Below, piece after piece: positions 8,239 through 17,394 of a DNA stretch of 64,000 bases. Below the pieces are notes generated by a model. It did not search any database. It saw only the letters and a program-made list of their open reading frames with translations, and was not told the DNA's origin. Source of the stretch: a virus. Both the position numbers and the translations under genes were made by a program. The stretch is taken from IMG/VR virus record IMGVR_UViG_3300011258_001374, positions 1-64,000 of that record; one strand, written 5' to 3'. Each line of letters begins with the position of its first letter. Positions within the stretch are counted from its first letter, which is position 1.

Positions 8239-9457
8239 TGAATTTGTTGTGGAACTCGACGCACTTCTCCTGCACGAGCTTCGGGCGCTTCACGACCATG
8301 AACTCAGCCGTTGCTCCTTCCATGACTTCGCCAGCGATGGCGTCGCTTAGCATTAGGTACACAGGAAAGGCGGCGTCCGACAGAGCGGAGAGCGCCTGAA
8401 TCTGCTCCTTCATCTTTGCGATCCGTTTCTTGTACCGGCGGTTCGCATTCTGCGACTGCGTGAGCGAGTCCTTCATCTTGGCTCGAGCCCCCTGTTCCCG
8501 CTTGACCGCGCTGCGCAGACGGTAGTTGGAATGCCACAGGCCATCGACCACCTGTGGGAGCTGCTTCTCGCCGTACGCGGGCACTGCTGCTGGAGGTCGT
8601 TCTTCAATCACCTCCAGACCTTGCTTGGCGTACCAGTCTCGGACGTCCTTCTGGTCGCTGTTCGGACCGAGCGGATCGTCGATGATGATCATGTCAGGAC
8701 CGTATCCGCCAAACGCCTTTCCCACTCCGCCCGAGAACTCCTGGGCAGTCGGCCCTAACTTCGGCCATGTGCCTAGGGCGTTTTCACCGCTCATCTCTGG
8801 GCGCGGCTTGATGGTGGTTCGAGAGAGCGAGCCTACGCTATGTGACACGACCTCCTCGTTGCCGGACAGGTGAACGTGTACGGGCTCACCCGCTGCGGCG
8901 TCAGTTGCCGCCGTCATCTTGACCTCACCGGAGACCTCGATCTTCGCCGGATCCTCAGCGTTCATGCCCTGCACCAGTCGCTGAGCTGCTTCGTCGGTCA
9001 GGCCCAGGGGCTCCGGGTCTTCCACCCCGAAGTCGTTCTCCTCACCGAAGTTGGGGAACTCCCGCATCTCTTGTGCCATTTCCGCGGCGCGCTCACCGCT
9101 CATCCCATACATTTTGCCGAGTCGAACGCGCTTGGTTTCGTCCTGCAGGGCGATGTTCTCCTGCAATGCCTTGTCGTATGCCTTCTCGGTCGAGTCGAGC
9201 TGCTCAAGCGCAACGGCCAGCCGCATTTCCAACGTCGCGAAGCGCGCGCCTAGCTGCTGGACGAAGTCGTCGCCTGTGCCGACTGGGCTCTTCATCAGCT
9301 CCTTGAAGTCGAAGGGCTTGTACGGCATCTCCAGTTCGCGCCGTAGCTTGGCTGCCTTTTCGATATCACTCATCAACGGATCGAGCTGTGATCGATCGAC
9401 CTCAACTTTCAGCTGCAGTTCTTCCACGGTCCTCTTCGGAGGCTCTGTCATCGGCAT
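8207..9457 (-). CDS. hypothetical coiled-coil protein
   Basis: About 416 aa; likely start MPMTEPP overlapping the upstream stop (TGATG); acidic, helical N-half, Gly-rich FSGGVGKAFGGYGPDMIIIDDP segment; no recognised family. Confidence 0.45.
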   Translation of the reverse strand: MPMTEPPKRTVEELQLKVEVDRSQLDPLMSDIEKAAKLRRELEMPYKPFDFKELMKSPVGTGDDFVQQLGARFATLEMRLAVALEQLDSTEKAYDKALQENIALQDETKRVRLGKMYGMSGERAAEMAQEMREFPNFGEENDFGVEDPEPLGLTDEAAQRLVQGMNAEDPAKIEVSGEVKMTAATDAAAGEPVHVHLSGNEEVVSHSVGSLSRTTIKPRPEMSGENALGTWPKLGPTAQEFSGGVGKAFGGYGPDMIIIDDPLGPNSDQKDVRDWYAKQGLEVIEERPPAAVPAYGEKQLPQVVDGLWHSNYRLRSAVKREQGARAKMKDSLTQSQNANRRYKKRIAKMKEQIQALSALSDAAFPVYLMLSDAIAGEVMEGATAEFMVVKRPKLVQEKCVEFHNKFNEAAEVFRNE

Positions 9458-9900
9458 CAGCTTTTTCCTTTCGCCGGCATAACCAGCATCGGTATTCCGA
9501 GAGCGCAGGCCTTCTTCATGCAATCAAGCGTGCCGCTTCGGGTTGTCCTCCCGTCCCAAATCGAAAGTACGAACTCGGGCTCCCACTCTTTCAGCATCTG
9601 GCTGTTCCGACGAGGTCCAGCACCCAGGCCGTGTGCTTTCCAGTCAGCCATGAACGTTCTGTGGGTGATGCGGTCGGAGTCAGTTCGATCCACCCACTCG
9701 CGAACCATCTTGTCCGCGCCGTCAGCACCACCCTCAGCGATGTGAAGTGTGGCGTTAGGTTGATCAACGTGGATCTCGGTGCGATTCATGGCCATCTGCC
9801 ACATCACTCGCTCCATGAGCTTGTCGAAGTTGCCAGTGCTGCAAGAAAAACTTCGGCTGCCAGTCACCACCAAACGAAATGGGTTGTTAGGCTCGTTCAT
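9457..9900 (-). CDS. SLOG-family / DUF2493-like (LOG/DprA-like Rossmann) protein
   Basis: LVVTGSRSF and EGGADGADK motifs typical of phage DUF2493/SLOG proteins; 147 aa. Confidence 0.5.
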   Translation of the reverse strand: MNEPNNPFRLVVTGSRSFSCSTGNFDKLMERVMWQMAMNRTEIHVDQPNATLHIAEGGADGADKMVREWVDRTDSDRITHRTFMADWKAHGLGAGPRRNSQMLKEWEPEFVLSIWDGRTTRSGTLDCMKKACALGIPMLVMPAKGKS

Positions 9901-10005
9901 TTCTTTCCTCGCATTCGCATGAGACCGTTTAGCTTCGAGCGCAAGTCATCACGCTCCGCAATCAACTGACTGCGCCGCTTGGTCTGTACTCGCTCCAAGG
10001 ACTTT

Positions 10006-10347
10006 TCAGTCTGGAGAGTCAGTCTCGCTAGGCCGGACATGGAAGGGCTTGGGTGCTGTGTATTTCGGAACATATTTTCTCACACATGTGACGGATGCCT
10101 GCGATCCGATCATCTTTACGTCGACGATCGAGACATGGCATAACATCCGAGGTGTTTCGTATTCGAAGATTCTCAAGCTTTCCGACTCGATCTCGAGTAG
10201 CAGCCGGGCCTCTTGTGCCTCCGCTTCGGGAATGACCACCAGGGACAGGAACGCCAGCATCAGAAATACCAAGATCCAGCCCAGTAGGGTGAACGTGTCG
10301 GGCCGTTTCACGGGGCCGGAGTTTTCACGGTGAGCGCAGCGACGCAT
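10006..10347 (-). CDS. hypothetical membrane protein
   Basis: 113 aa; hydrophobic segment LLGWILVFLMLAFLSLVVI. Confidence 0.3.
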   Translation of the reverse strand: MRRCAHRENSGPVKRPDTFTLLGWILVFLMLAFLSLVVIPEAEAQEARLLLEIESESLRIFEYETPRMLCHVSIVDVKMIGSQASVTCVRKYVPKYTAPKPFHVRPSETDSPD

Positions 10348-10544
10348 TCAGGGACCTTGACCTTCCATCCGTACTCGACCAGCTTCTCGCAGGCCAGTTC
10401 AGGATCATCAGGATCCACCTCGAACGCGGCCATGGTGTACCCGACACACGCGGAGATGGTGCCCCAGAAGAGTAGTCCGGACACTAGGGTTATGATCAAC
10501 CCGATTCGTTGATTTTTTCGATCAATCGTTTTCGCGCCTGTCAT
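10308..10544 (-). CDS. hypothetical membrane protein
   Basis: TM segment IGLIITLVSGLLFWGTISACVGY; start taken at internal Met. Confidence 0.3.
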   Translation of the reverse strand: MTGAKTIDRKNQRIGLIITLVSGLLFWGTISACVGYTMAAFEVDPDDPELACEKLVEYGWKVKVPECVAALTVKTPAP

Positions 10545-10803
10545 TCCAAACTTCCTTTCCTCTGTATGCCATCTGCTGCGCGTAAATAACATACGCGTCT
10601 GTATCCTCGACCGGTTCAGCCTTCCTTCGCGTCTCGGGCCCCTTCTTGGGAAACGAGAACAGAAGCTGCTGCAGGTTCATCATCGTCTCAACGGAGGTCG
10701 AGGTGGCCAGCGTTGTTACTGCGTACTCAGGTACCTGCGAGGGCTTTCTTCGTTCCTCATCCTGCAGCCGCCTGACCTGTCCCGCGTGATTCCAGAGGTT
10801 CAT
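10522..10803 (-). CDS. hypothetical protein
   Basis: 93 aa ORF in an operon with neighbours; stop overlaps. Confidence 0.3.
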   Translation of the reverse strand: MNLWNHAGQVRRLQDEERRKPSQVPEYAVTTLATSTSVETMMNLQQLLFSFPKKGPETRRKAEPVEDTDAYVIYAQQMAYRGKEVWNDRREND

Positions 10804-11351
10804 TCGTTGTCCGGCATTTCTACGTTGACTACCGCTCCGGCATGGATCATCACGGTGCCTTCGGTACAGCTCTTCAGTCTCATTGCTTCGACAGCCACGC
10901 CAAATCCCTTTAGGCTTTTCTGCGCTTCCGCTGTAAGTTTGTTGTCGAACTTCGCTCGCCCGTCGTTGATCTGCCCGATCGGTGTGGTCAGCACAGCCTT
11001 CCGCATGCCCGCCTGGGCTAGTTCAGCCATGTTTTCTTCAGCGTCGTGGTTCTCGACACAAAACTTGTACAGGTTCTCGATGGTGTAGACAACAACGCCG
11101 TCGACTACGATGGTTTTTCCCTCAGTCGTCTGGATCATCTGCTGCTCCAGACTCACGATCTGTCGAACTACAGGATAGACGTCCATCTCCGTTGTGACGG
11201 GCCACCACCAGTGGAGACCGGGCCCAACCTCCCGGGCTTTCGCCTTGGTGAATTTGACCGCCCGCTCCGTCACTCGCACCAGCTGAAGCCGGGGCACGAG
11301 CCGCGCGAGATACCTGATGAAATCGCCTATCCATCCGAGAGCTGCATCCAT
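10800..11351 (-). CDS. SPFH/band-7 (stomatin/prohibitin/HflKC-like) domain protein
   Basis: VRVTERAVKFTKAKAREVGPGLHWWWPV ... TEGKTIVVDGVVVYTIEN ... MRKAVLTTPIGQIN ... GFGVAVEAMRL follows the band-7 consensus. Confidence 0.6.
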   Translation of the reverse strand: MDAALGWIGDFIRYLARLVPRLQLVRVTERAVKFTKAKAREVGPGLHWWWPVTTEMDVYPVVRQIVSLEQQMIQTTEGKTIVVDGVVVYTIENLYKFCVENHDAEENMAELAQAGMRKAVLTTPIGQINDGRAKFDNKLTAEAQKSLKGFGVAVEAMRLKSCTEGTVMIHAGAVVNVEMPDNE

Positions 11352-11355
11352 CGGG

Positions 11356-11814
11356 TCATCCTAGCAGATTCCAGATGTCGTCAATAGAGAGCGGCAGAGA
11401 GTCCTGAAAGTACCTAGATTCGATCTCACGCTTCATGCTCAGATCTTTTCGGCGCTCCTTTCTCAGCTCTTCCTCGAACGCCTCTTCCTCTGGGCTCAGG
11501 ATCTTGTTCTTGACCCTCATGTCCTCAAACTGATTCGGTGGTACGGCGATCTCATGCATGAACTCGCTTACGGTAGTTCTATCCTCAGCCCACGCTTTGT
11601 TAATTCGTTCGTAGGCGTCGAGTAGCAGATATCTTGCCTGCTTTCCGGAAACCTGTTTGTTAATCATCTTTCTGCTTATCACCATTCGCAGAGCTTCCTG
11701 CACTAAGTCATGCTGATCGTCATCCTGTATGTTGAAGGTCGTTCGACAAACAACAGTGAGCTTGTCGATCCAGGGCTGAATCTGTTCGTTGGAAATGACT
11801 TCAGATTCCGTCAT
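11356..11814 (-). CDS. hypothetical protein, possible sigma-70 region-2-like motif
   Basis: 152 aa; HDLVQEALRMVI resembles ECF sigma region 2.2 (DLxQE); weak. Confidence 0.3.
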   Translation of the reverse strand: MTESEVISNEQIQPWIDKLTVVCRTTFNIQDDDQHDLVQEALRMVISRKMINKQVSGKQARYLLLDAYERINKAWAEDRTTVSEFMHEIAVPPNQFEDMRVKNKILSPEEEAFEEELRKERRKDLSMKREIESRYFQDSLPLSIDDIWNLLG

Positions 11815-12370
11815 ACCCTCCCTCGTATTCGTAGTCGGGGGTGGGTGCCTCGTTCAAAAGCTCAAGCTCATCGGATGCAGACGTGACCGCAGCCTTGCCG
11901 TGCAGGCACAGGCATGGGTAGTTCGCAGGAACTTCAGAACAGAGAGGATAGTCGTAGGTCCAGCACGATCGTCGATCGTTGTTGCTCTGGCCTCCGCCCT
12001 CACAGCTGTTTCCCATCAAACACATCGCCATGAAAACCAACACGATCACGGATGCCCAGGTGCGACCTGCGACGATGTCGCCGGCCATGCGCTCGCTGAT
12101 CTTCGTGCCTTCGCGCGCCGCGTGAGGACCGACGCCGTCCTTGAGTCGCTGCTTGAACAGACGGACTTCGTCCTTGTTCGTCTTCTGATAGCCGGCCTCG
12201 CGCGTGCGTGACTGGTGGTTGAGTCGAGAGGCCAACGAAGGGCCGCCTTGATTTCGGATCTTGTTATTCGGCATTTTCTTGTGACTCCTTAAGTGCTCGT
12301 TGCCAGCGTCCCATGAAGTACTCAAGACGCTCTCGAATGTTTTCCGGGTCTCCGGTGAATACCGCAGCAT
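11801..12370 (-). CDS. hypothetical Cys-rich membrane-anchored protein
   Basis: TM segment WASVIVLVFMAMCLMG followed by a CEGG...CWTYDYPLC...CLCLHG cysteine cluster. Confidence 0.4.
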   Translation of the reverse strand: MLRYSPETRKTFESVLSTSWDAGNEHLRSHKKMPNNKIRNQGGPSLASRLNHQSRTREAGYQKTNKDEVRLFKQRLKDGVGPHAAREGTKISERMAGDIVAGRTWASVIVLVFMAMCLMGNSCEGGGQSNNDRRSCWTYDYPLCSEVPANYPCLCLHGKAAVTSASDELELLNEAPTPDYEYEGGYDGI

Positions 12371-12406
12371 CGATACTCTGCAGCGCTTCCTCGTCAGACG
12401 GATGGA

Positions 12407-12862
12407 TCATACGAACCTCACTCGGTAGTGAATATCCCCGGGGATGAAATTCTCCAGATCGATGAAGTCAGGGTCGCTGGGCTCGAGGCCGTCCAAGCCC
12501 AGGTGCCTGAGCACGCCCTGTTCCCACTCAGGGCCTCCGAGTTCGCCGCCGAACAGATGGCCGAGCATCTCATCAGCGCAGCCAGAGATGCCGCACGCAG
12601 CGTCGAGAGGGAAGGGCTTGGAGCCTTCGAATTCCCCGACGCGGACTTCCAGACGGACGATGTCCCCGTGTCTGATGGTTCCAAAGGAAGGATCAATTTG
12701 AGCGCAACAGAACGAGAATCCAAACTCAGCGCAGGAGAGCCAGAGCTTTCCTTCCTGGAACTTGTGCGGGGCCTTGCGTCCGACGAACGGAGTCGCAAAT
12801 AGAATCGGAGAAGTGACGACAGGTGACGACATAACTAAATAACCTCTGCTTGTATGTACCAC
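12407..12862 (-). CDS. possible dCTP deaminase/dUTPase-superfamily protein
   Basis: AQIDPSFGTIRHGDIVRLEV resembles the G.IDPGF...LE motif of dCTP deaminases; weak. Confidence 0.3.
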   Translation of the reverse strand: MVHTSRGYLVMSSPVVTSPILFATPFVGRKAPHKFQEGKLWLSCAEFGFSFCCAQIDPSFGTIRHGDIVRLEVRVGEFEGSKPFPLDAACGISGCADEMLGHLFGGELGGPEWEQGVLRHLGLDGLEPSDPDFIDLENFIPGDIHYRVRFV

Positions 12863-12894
12863 TCTTCGGAAGGCAGTGACGGGAACTTTATCGC

Positions 12895-13302
12895 TTATCC
12901 CAATGTTGCCATCGAGTTGCTATCCAAACGAGACTTCGGGTACTCCTTCGGAAGGCTCATGAGCGTACCGTCAGCTTTCTTCCAGCCGCGTCTCATCCCG
13001 ATGATCGCACGAGCAAGCCACATCGTTCGATAGATCAGCTCCTCGCTGTAGTGCTCGCGCAGCTCTTCGAGGACGTCTCTTGCGGTGTACGAGTCGCACT
13101 CCACCTCAAGAAACTCACGCGCGATCAGACAGTGCTTGCAGGTCTTGAACCGGGACCAGCGTCCGTCGTAAAGCGAACTGACCTGCTCATAGGTCTCGCC
13201 ACGTTCAATCGTGCGAAGGCACTCGCAGCACATGTGCGTCTTGCGAGCCTTAACCTGCTTGGCATCCCACACATCAGAGGGGTCGCAATCTATTCGGCAC
13301 AT
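12895..13302 (-). CDS. Cys-rich (zinc-binding) hypothetical protein
   Basis: CRIDCD, CCEC, CKHC clusters; 135 aa. Confidence 0.4.
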   Translation of the reverse strand: MCRIDCDPSDVWDAKQVKARKTHMCCECLRTIERGETYEQVSSLYDGRWSRFKTCKHCLIAREFLEVECDSYTARDVLEELREHYSEELIYRTMWLARAIIGMRRGWKKADGTLMSLPKEYPKSRLDSNSMATLG

Positions 13303-13474
13303 AGAAATCTCCTGGGCCTCACACCCGTCCGGACGTTCATCTTGTTTGGCTGTACGGGAGAAAGTTACGCTCCCGCCCCAGGCGCTCTTCGGATTTGGTT
13401 ATTCCACCCGGGTGGCCCTAATCCAGTTTGCGTCAGCCCTGTGATCATCTTTAACGTCTAAGTTCGACCACGAA

Positions 13475-14026
13475 TTAGTTTGACGATAGGCCTAACATGT
13501 CGTTCAGCTTCTGGAGGGGAAGAGCTGGCAGCATTGGCGTTGTGCCTAGTCCCTGGGTGAACTGTTCGATCTGCGGCCACTCCTTGCGCAGCTTTTTGAT
13601 CGTCGTGAAGTGACGCAACTGAGCGCGAACCTGATTGCGGACGTCGGTCATTTCAACTCGGATCAACTCCTTGTCTCGTTCAAGCGAGTGAAACTGCTTG
13701 GTCAGAGGGCTCGTCGCGGGGAAAGCAAGATTGCCTTCTCCCCATCGCATGTGCTCGGACAAAAAGCGACGAGGCTTTTCATCCTGGAACTGAGCGTGGC
13801 TGTTCCTGCCACCAAAGGTCAGGCGAATTTCTGACGATTCCTCAAGCCACCCCTTGGGCAGACCGTTCATCTTTTCTTGAATTATGCCGTTGTAGGTAGC
13901 GCTGTACACAGCCTCGGCCAGTTCGAACTCACGCCTGGTGTGTTCGTCGAGCGTCGCCTGAAAGCGGTGCGCGATGAGACGTTTGATGATCTCATCTCGC
14001 ATGGTCTGGTTGAGTCGGTCTGACAT
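13475..14026 (-). CDS. hypothetical protein
   Basis: 183 aa ORF, coding-like composition; no motif recognised. Confidence 0.4.
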   Translation of the reverse strand: MSDRLNQTMRDEIIKRLIAHRFQATLDEHTRREFELAEAVYSATYNGIIQEKMNGLPKGWLEESSEIRLTFGGRNSHAQFQDEKPRRFLSEHMRWGEGNLAFPATSPLTKQFHSLERDKELIRVEMTDVRNQVRAQLRHFTTIKKLRKEWPQIEQFTQGLGTTPMLPALPLQKLNDMLGLSSN

Positions 14027-14115
14027 CTGTATCTCCCTGGGCCTCAGGAAAAACGGGCCCTTCCAAAATTCGTCTTGTCTTTTTTCAAATAAATTCGATA
14101 ATTGACTTCAAAATG

Positions 14116-14400
14116 TTAGTTTGCATTGTCTGCGCTGCAGCACCCGTCGCAGCCATGAATGCCCATCGCGGCACTCTTTCGAACAGTTGTCTTGAGGAAT
14201 GCAATATCGTCGGGATCTGGGTGTCCAATGCTGTGGGGGCATATCCGTTCCATGATCTGTCGATCGTTGCGCCAGTGCTGCGGCCAGCTACGCATGTGAT
14301 GATCGCTCGGGTTGTGAACAGAACATGTCTGGCCTTCACACCCCGCCGGATCGTGACAGTAGATCTGTTCGCCACCCTCAAGCTCCGTTGGTCCAGCCAT
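14116..14400 (-). CDS. small Cys/His-rich protein, possibly HNH-like
   Basis: CHDPAGCEGQTCSVHNPSDHH...CPHSIGH; stop overlaps next start. Confidence 0.3.
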   Translation of the reverse strand: MAGPTELEGGEQIYCHDPAGCEGQTCSVHNPSDHHMRSWPQHWRNDRQIMERICPHSIGHPDPDDIAFLKTTVRKSAAMGIHGCDGCCSADNAN

Positions 14401-15605
14401 CAGTACTGCCCGCTGGGCTTGAAGATTCGCCGCTTGTCGATCGAGGTCTTCACTCGCTCTGTCAGGCTGAAGAGCAGATCAACAACCTCCTCGTCGTAGC
14501 AGGATGAGAACGGCTCCACATCGTGTTGGTGGCAGACCAGGGCGGGAAAGATCTTCTTGGCGATATCGATTGCCTCGCTTTCGAAAACGCTCTTGTCGAC
14601 AGCCACCCCATTATCCATCACCTCGGCATAACGCCCAGAGTGCAGGCGATCGACCACGAAGATGTCGCTCATCGCGACTTCGACGCCCATCAGCTTGATG
14701 AACACGAACGCCTGGGACAGCTTGTCGTCGTACGACTCGATGCGTTCAGTGGTGTGGTGGACAATTCTCGGCGGCTGCTTAGTCTTCCAAACCTGCAACG
14801 CAGATTTGTTGAGGTTCTCGTTCTTCCGGTTGACTCCGCAAACAGAGAGGAACTCGTCCGACACGTCTTCGGCATGACTCGAGAAATCGAGCTTCGATTC
14901 GAATTCGTTGTTGGCCAGCAGGATCTCTTCCAACAAGTCGTAATCTTCGAGTCGCGAGATCGCGCGCTCAACGCAGTGGCGGTAGTAGAAGTCGTACTTG
15001 ACCGTGCGATCTTCCGTCAGCTCCAGAGCGCTCGTGACGTTGTAGGTGAACGCTGCGTCCTCGGAGTGCTTGATTGCGCGGATGCCTCGGTAGAAGCCGA
15101 AATCGTTTCCTCCTTCGTGGATTTCCACCTCGCACCACTTGGTGATAGGCAGCCGCTCTGGACTCAGGAAGATGCTGCCCCGGTCTTCGTAGGCCTCGTG
15201 GAACTCATCCCCTTCAACGACGATGATCGTATCGAAGTCCTGCGGGCGCGGGGGCTCGTCGCTGATCGCGCCGCCCTCGTCAAGCGTGTTCGAGTGAAGC
15301 TCGCGGTAGGCCTCCCATACCTTCCAGTTTCGCCCAAGGTCGGCAGTGAAGCCCAGGTTCTCGCCGTCCATGCGAACGATTTCGACCTCTTGATCGCGAA
15401 CAGTCTCAACCACGGTGTCGAAGAAATGTGCTTCGCCCTCGCGGACGATCGTGATCGTTTGTTTGTTGCGGAGCAGCGTGGCGATGGCGAACTTCAGTCC
15501 GGTGCCAAAGAATCCGATCGGTGTCTCGGTTGCTTTGATGTTCACGCCCATCAGGCGGATCATGTTAAGGTCGATCGCTTCCTTGTTGTAGAAAAATACG
15601 CTCAC
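14400..15605 (-). CDS. hypothetical 401 aa acidic protein with Gly-rich loop
   Basis: Largest unassigned early ORF; N-terminal ETPIGFFGTGLKFAIATLL glycine-rich motif (nucleotide-binding-like, not Walker A); strongly acidic. Confidence 0.5.
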   Translation of the reverse strand: MSVFFYNKEAIDLNMIRLMGVNIKATETPIGFFGTGLKFAIATLLRNKQTITIVREGEAHFFDTVVETVRDQEVEIVRMDGENLGFTADLGRNWKVWEAYRELHSNTLDEGGAISDEPPRPQDFDTIIVVEGDEFHEAYEDRGSIFLSPERLPITKWCEVEIHEGGNDFGFYRGIRAIKHSEDAAFTYNVTSALELTEDRTVKYDFYYRHCVERAISRLEDYDLLEEILLANNEFESKLDFSSHAEDVSDEFLSVCGVNRKNENLNKSALQVWKTKQPPRIVHHTTERIESYDDKLSQAFVFIKLMGVEVAMSDIFVVDRLHSGRYAEVMDNGVAVDKSVFESEAIDIAKKIFPALVCHQHDVEPFSSCYDEEVVDLLFSLTERVKTSIDKRRIFKPSGQY

Positions 15606-15760
15606 TATTCGCTCTCAATCGTGTATTTCGGGTTTGTTTGAAGGTGCGCCAGCTCATCGCAGCAAAGGCTGTCTTGGATCATGTCCGTTTCGATGAAATT
15701 CTCAAGCCACATCTGGTCAGTACCGTCGGGCACCTCAAAGGTGATGGTGATTTTCTTCAT
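15605..15760 (-). CDS. small hypothetical protein
   Basis: MKKITITFEVPDG... about 51 aa; ATG overlaps upstream TGA (ATGA). Confidence 0.3.
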   Translation of the reverse strand: MKKITITFEVPDGTDQMWLENFIETDMIQDSLCCDELAHLQTNPKYTIESE

Positions 15761-16050
15761 GATCTCACAATCCTGATTGGTCGTAGGGTGGGAGCACGCC
15801 TGACCTCTCGGACGGCTGCCTGAATATCTTTCAGTACATCGACGGAGGGATCGTTCCACCGCATAACGGCGTGTTGGACACGATCGTCCATCTGCGTGAC
15901 CCAACGAATCTGGGTGTAGCTCTGTTGCCCCTGGTCAAAGCCCATCTGCAGGCGGGGCACAGGTTTTTCCTTAGGCACCAGCGCAACAGCCGCCGCTGCG
16001 ACGGGCAGCGCGAGCACGCCCTTTAGGAAATCTCGTCGTGAGCTGCTCAC
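15757..16050 (-). CDS. Tat-signal (twin-arginine) exported small protein
   Basis: N-terminus SSRRDFLKGVLALPVAAAAVA is a Tat motif (S-R-R-x-F-L-K) plus hydrophobic region; 97 aa. Confidence 0.45.
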   Translation of the reverse strand: MSSSRRDFLKGVLALPVAAAAVALVPKEKPVPRLQMGFDQGQQSYTQIRWVTQMDDRVQHAVMRWNDPSVDVLKDIQAAVREVRRAPTLRPIRIVRS

Positions 16051-16238
16051 AGCTGCACCTCCCTCATCTGCTCTTCCGCGTATTCGAGCTGCTGATAGGC
16101 CCTGATCAGGTTGCCATCATCTCGCAGCATTCGCATAGCGGCGTCCACGAAGTAGACAGCCCTGCAGGCGGGGCACGCGATCGGATCATTCTCGACGGCA
16201 ATGGCGCCGAACTTGATTCGCTGGCTGCAGCACTTCAT
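16047..16238 (-). CDS. zinc-ribbon small protein
   Basis: MKCC...CPAC two Cys pairs; 63 aa. Confidence 0.3.
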   Translation of the reverse strand: MKCCSQRIKFGAIAVENDPIACPACRAVYFVDAAMRMLRDDGNLIRAYQQLEYAEEQMREVQL

Positions 16239-16240
16239 AT

Positions 16241-16570
16241 CTAATCTCCGGGCGTGTATTTTCCCGCCTTAACATCCATCATTAGGCCAACGACCTTATC
16301 CGCGTCGCCTTCGCACTGAGTCACATCGATCGTCCACGTCTGACCGTCTTCCGACCATACCTCCATGTTCTTGATGCTGAGCAACAGGTCAAGAATCTCG
16401 AGTTGGTGCTTGGGCTGTCGGCACAGGGGACAAACGTGATCGGGCTTATCGTAGTTGATCAGCTCCGTCCGTAGCGCCGCAGCCGCCTTTTTGACATCAG
16501 GCGGTGCGGCGTCACGACAGGCCAGGATGACGTTAAGAAGATCACAAGTGGCCTTCTCAACCCCGATCAT
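16241..16570 (-). CDS. hypothetical protein with CPLC motif
   Basis: 109 aa; start overlaps upstream gene stop. Confidence 0.35.
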   Translation of the reverse strand: MIGVEKATCDLLNVILACRDAAPPDVKKAAAALRTELINYDKPDHVCPLCRQPKHQLEILDLLLSIKNMEVWSEDGQTWTIDVTQCEGDADKVVGLMMDVKAGKYTPGD

Positions 16571-17394
16571 GCTCGGCGCTTCCGGGCAGCAACGAGGCCC
16601 AGGGTGCCTAGCAGTAGACTCGACGCGAGTCCGGGCTCTGGGAGTTCGATCGGAACGTTTGGCGAATTTTGAGGCACGCCGTTGATCTGGTCGTGGAGGC
16701 CGTAGATCTGGAAGAAATCGAAACCGTTCGGCTGTCCGGGATCTTCGAAATCGAAGAACAATTCACGCTCAAGTCGATACGCCCCGTCGTCCCACATAAC
16801 AACGATGTCCTGACCACTCGTCTCGGGCAGGTTTGGAATCGGCGGAGGAAACCCCGATAGGCCGGTAGCGATATCCGCGTCGATGACATTGTAGTAGTGT
16901 CGGATGCCTTGTGGGTCCGTCTGTCCGGGTGCGCGTGCGTCGGAGTGGGAATATTGAAACCGGACACGCCAGAACAGACCAACAGTCTGAGAGTTTGACG
17001 CCAGCCACGTACCCGAGTCGTTGAAGTCAAGATAGATGAATTGTTCAGATCCAGCCCCGAGCATCGCGCTGCGTCGAGGATGGACGAACCAGATGCTCCG
17101 AACGGGAAATGCCGGGGTATTCACAATCCAAACTCCGGGAGGCGGAATGAAGCCCCAGCCCTGCTCGGGAACGCTGCCCATCATGGCCATCGCGCCGCCA
17201 CCGCTGAGCGCAGCTGACGACATCATCGCCGAAGGGGCTGCTACGGCAGCGTCGACCTGTTCCTGCATTTCCTTCAGGGTCATCTCAGACATCGCCGGAA
17301 GCGACGTGAGGATGAAGATTACAATCAAAATCATAATTCGCATGTTAGTTTTTCTCCTTGTTGATTTCTGCCGCGCGTGCGAGATACGCAACAC
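16567..17394 (-). CDS. secreted PEP-CTERM protein
   Basis: N-terminal signal peptide MRIMILIVIFILTSLPAMS; C-terminus LPEPGLASSLLLGTLGLVAARKRRA is a canonical PEP-CTERM sorting signal. Confidence 0.6.
   Translation of the reverse strand: MLRISHARQKSTRRKTNMRIMILIVIFILTSLPAMSEMTLKEMQEQVDAAVAAPSAMMSSAALSGGGAMAMMGSVPEQGWGFIPPPGVWIVNTPAFPVRSIWFVHPRRSAMLGAGSEQFIYLDFNDSGTWLASNSQTVGLFWRVRFQYSHSDARAPGQTDPQGIRHYYNVIDADIATGLSGFPPPIPNLPETSGQDIVVMWDDGAYRLERELFFDFEDPGQPNGFDFFQIYGLHDQINGVPQNSPNVPIELPEPGLASSLLLGTLGLVAARKRRA

Noticed and set aside
14400-15605. GHKL/MORC-type ATPase assignment for the 401 aa protein
   Set aside because: The Gly-rich loop resembles a G2 box, but the N-box spacing (E...N) and its distance to the loop do not fit the Bergerat fold; left as hypothetical.
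14523-15641. 372 aa plus-strand ORF
   Set aside because: Antisense to the 401 aa minus-strand gene, which fits the operon's stop/start coupling; the plus ORF has no start context.
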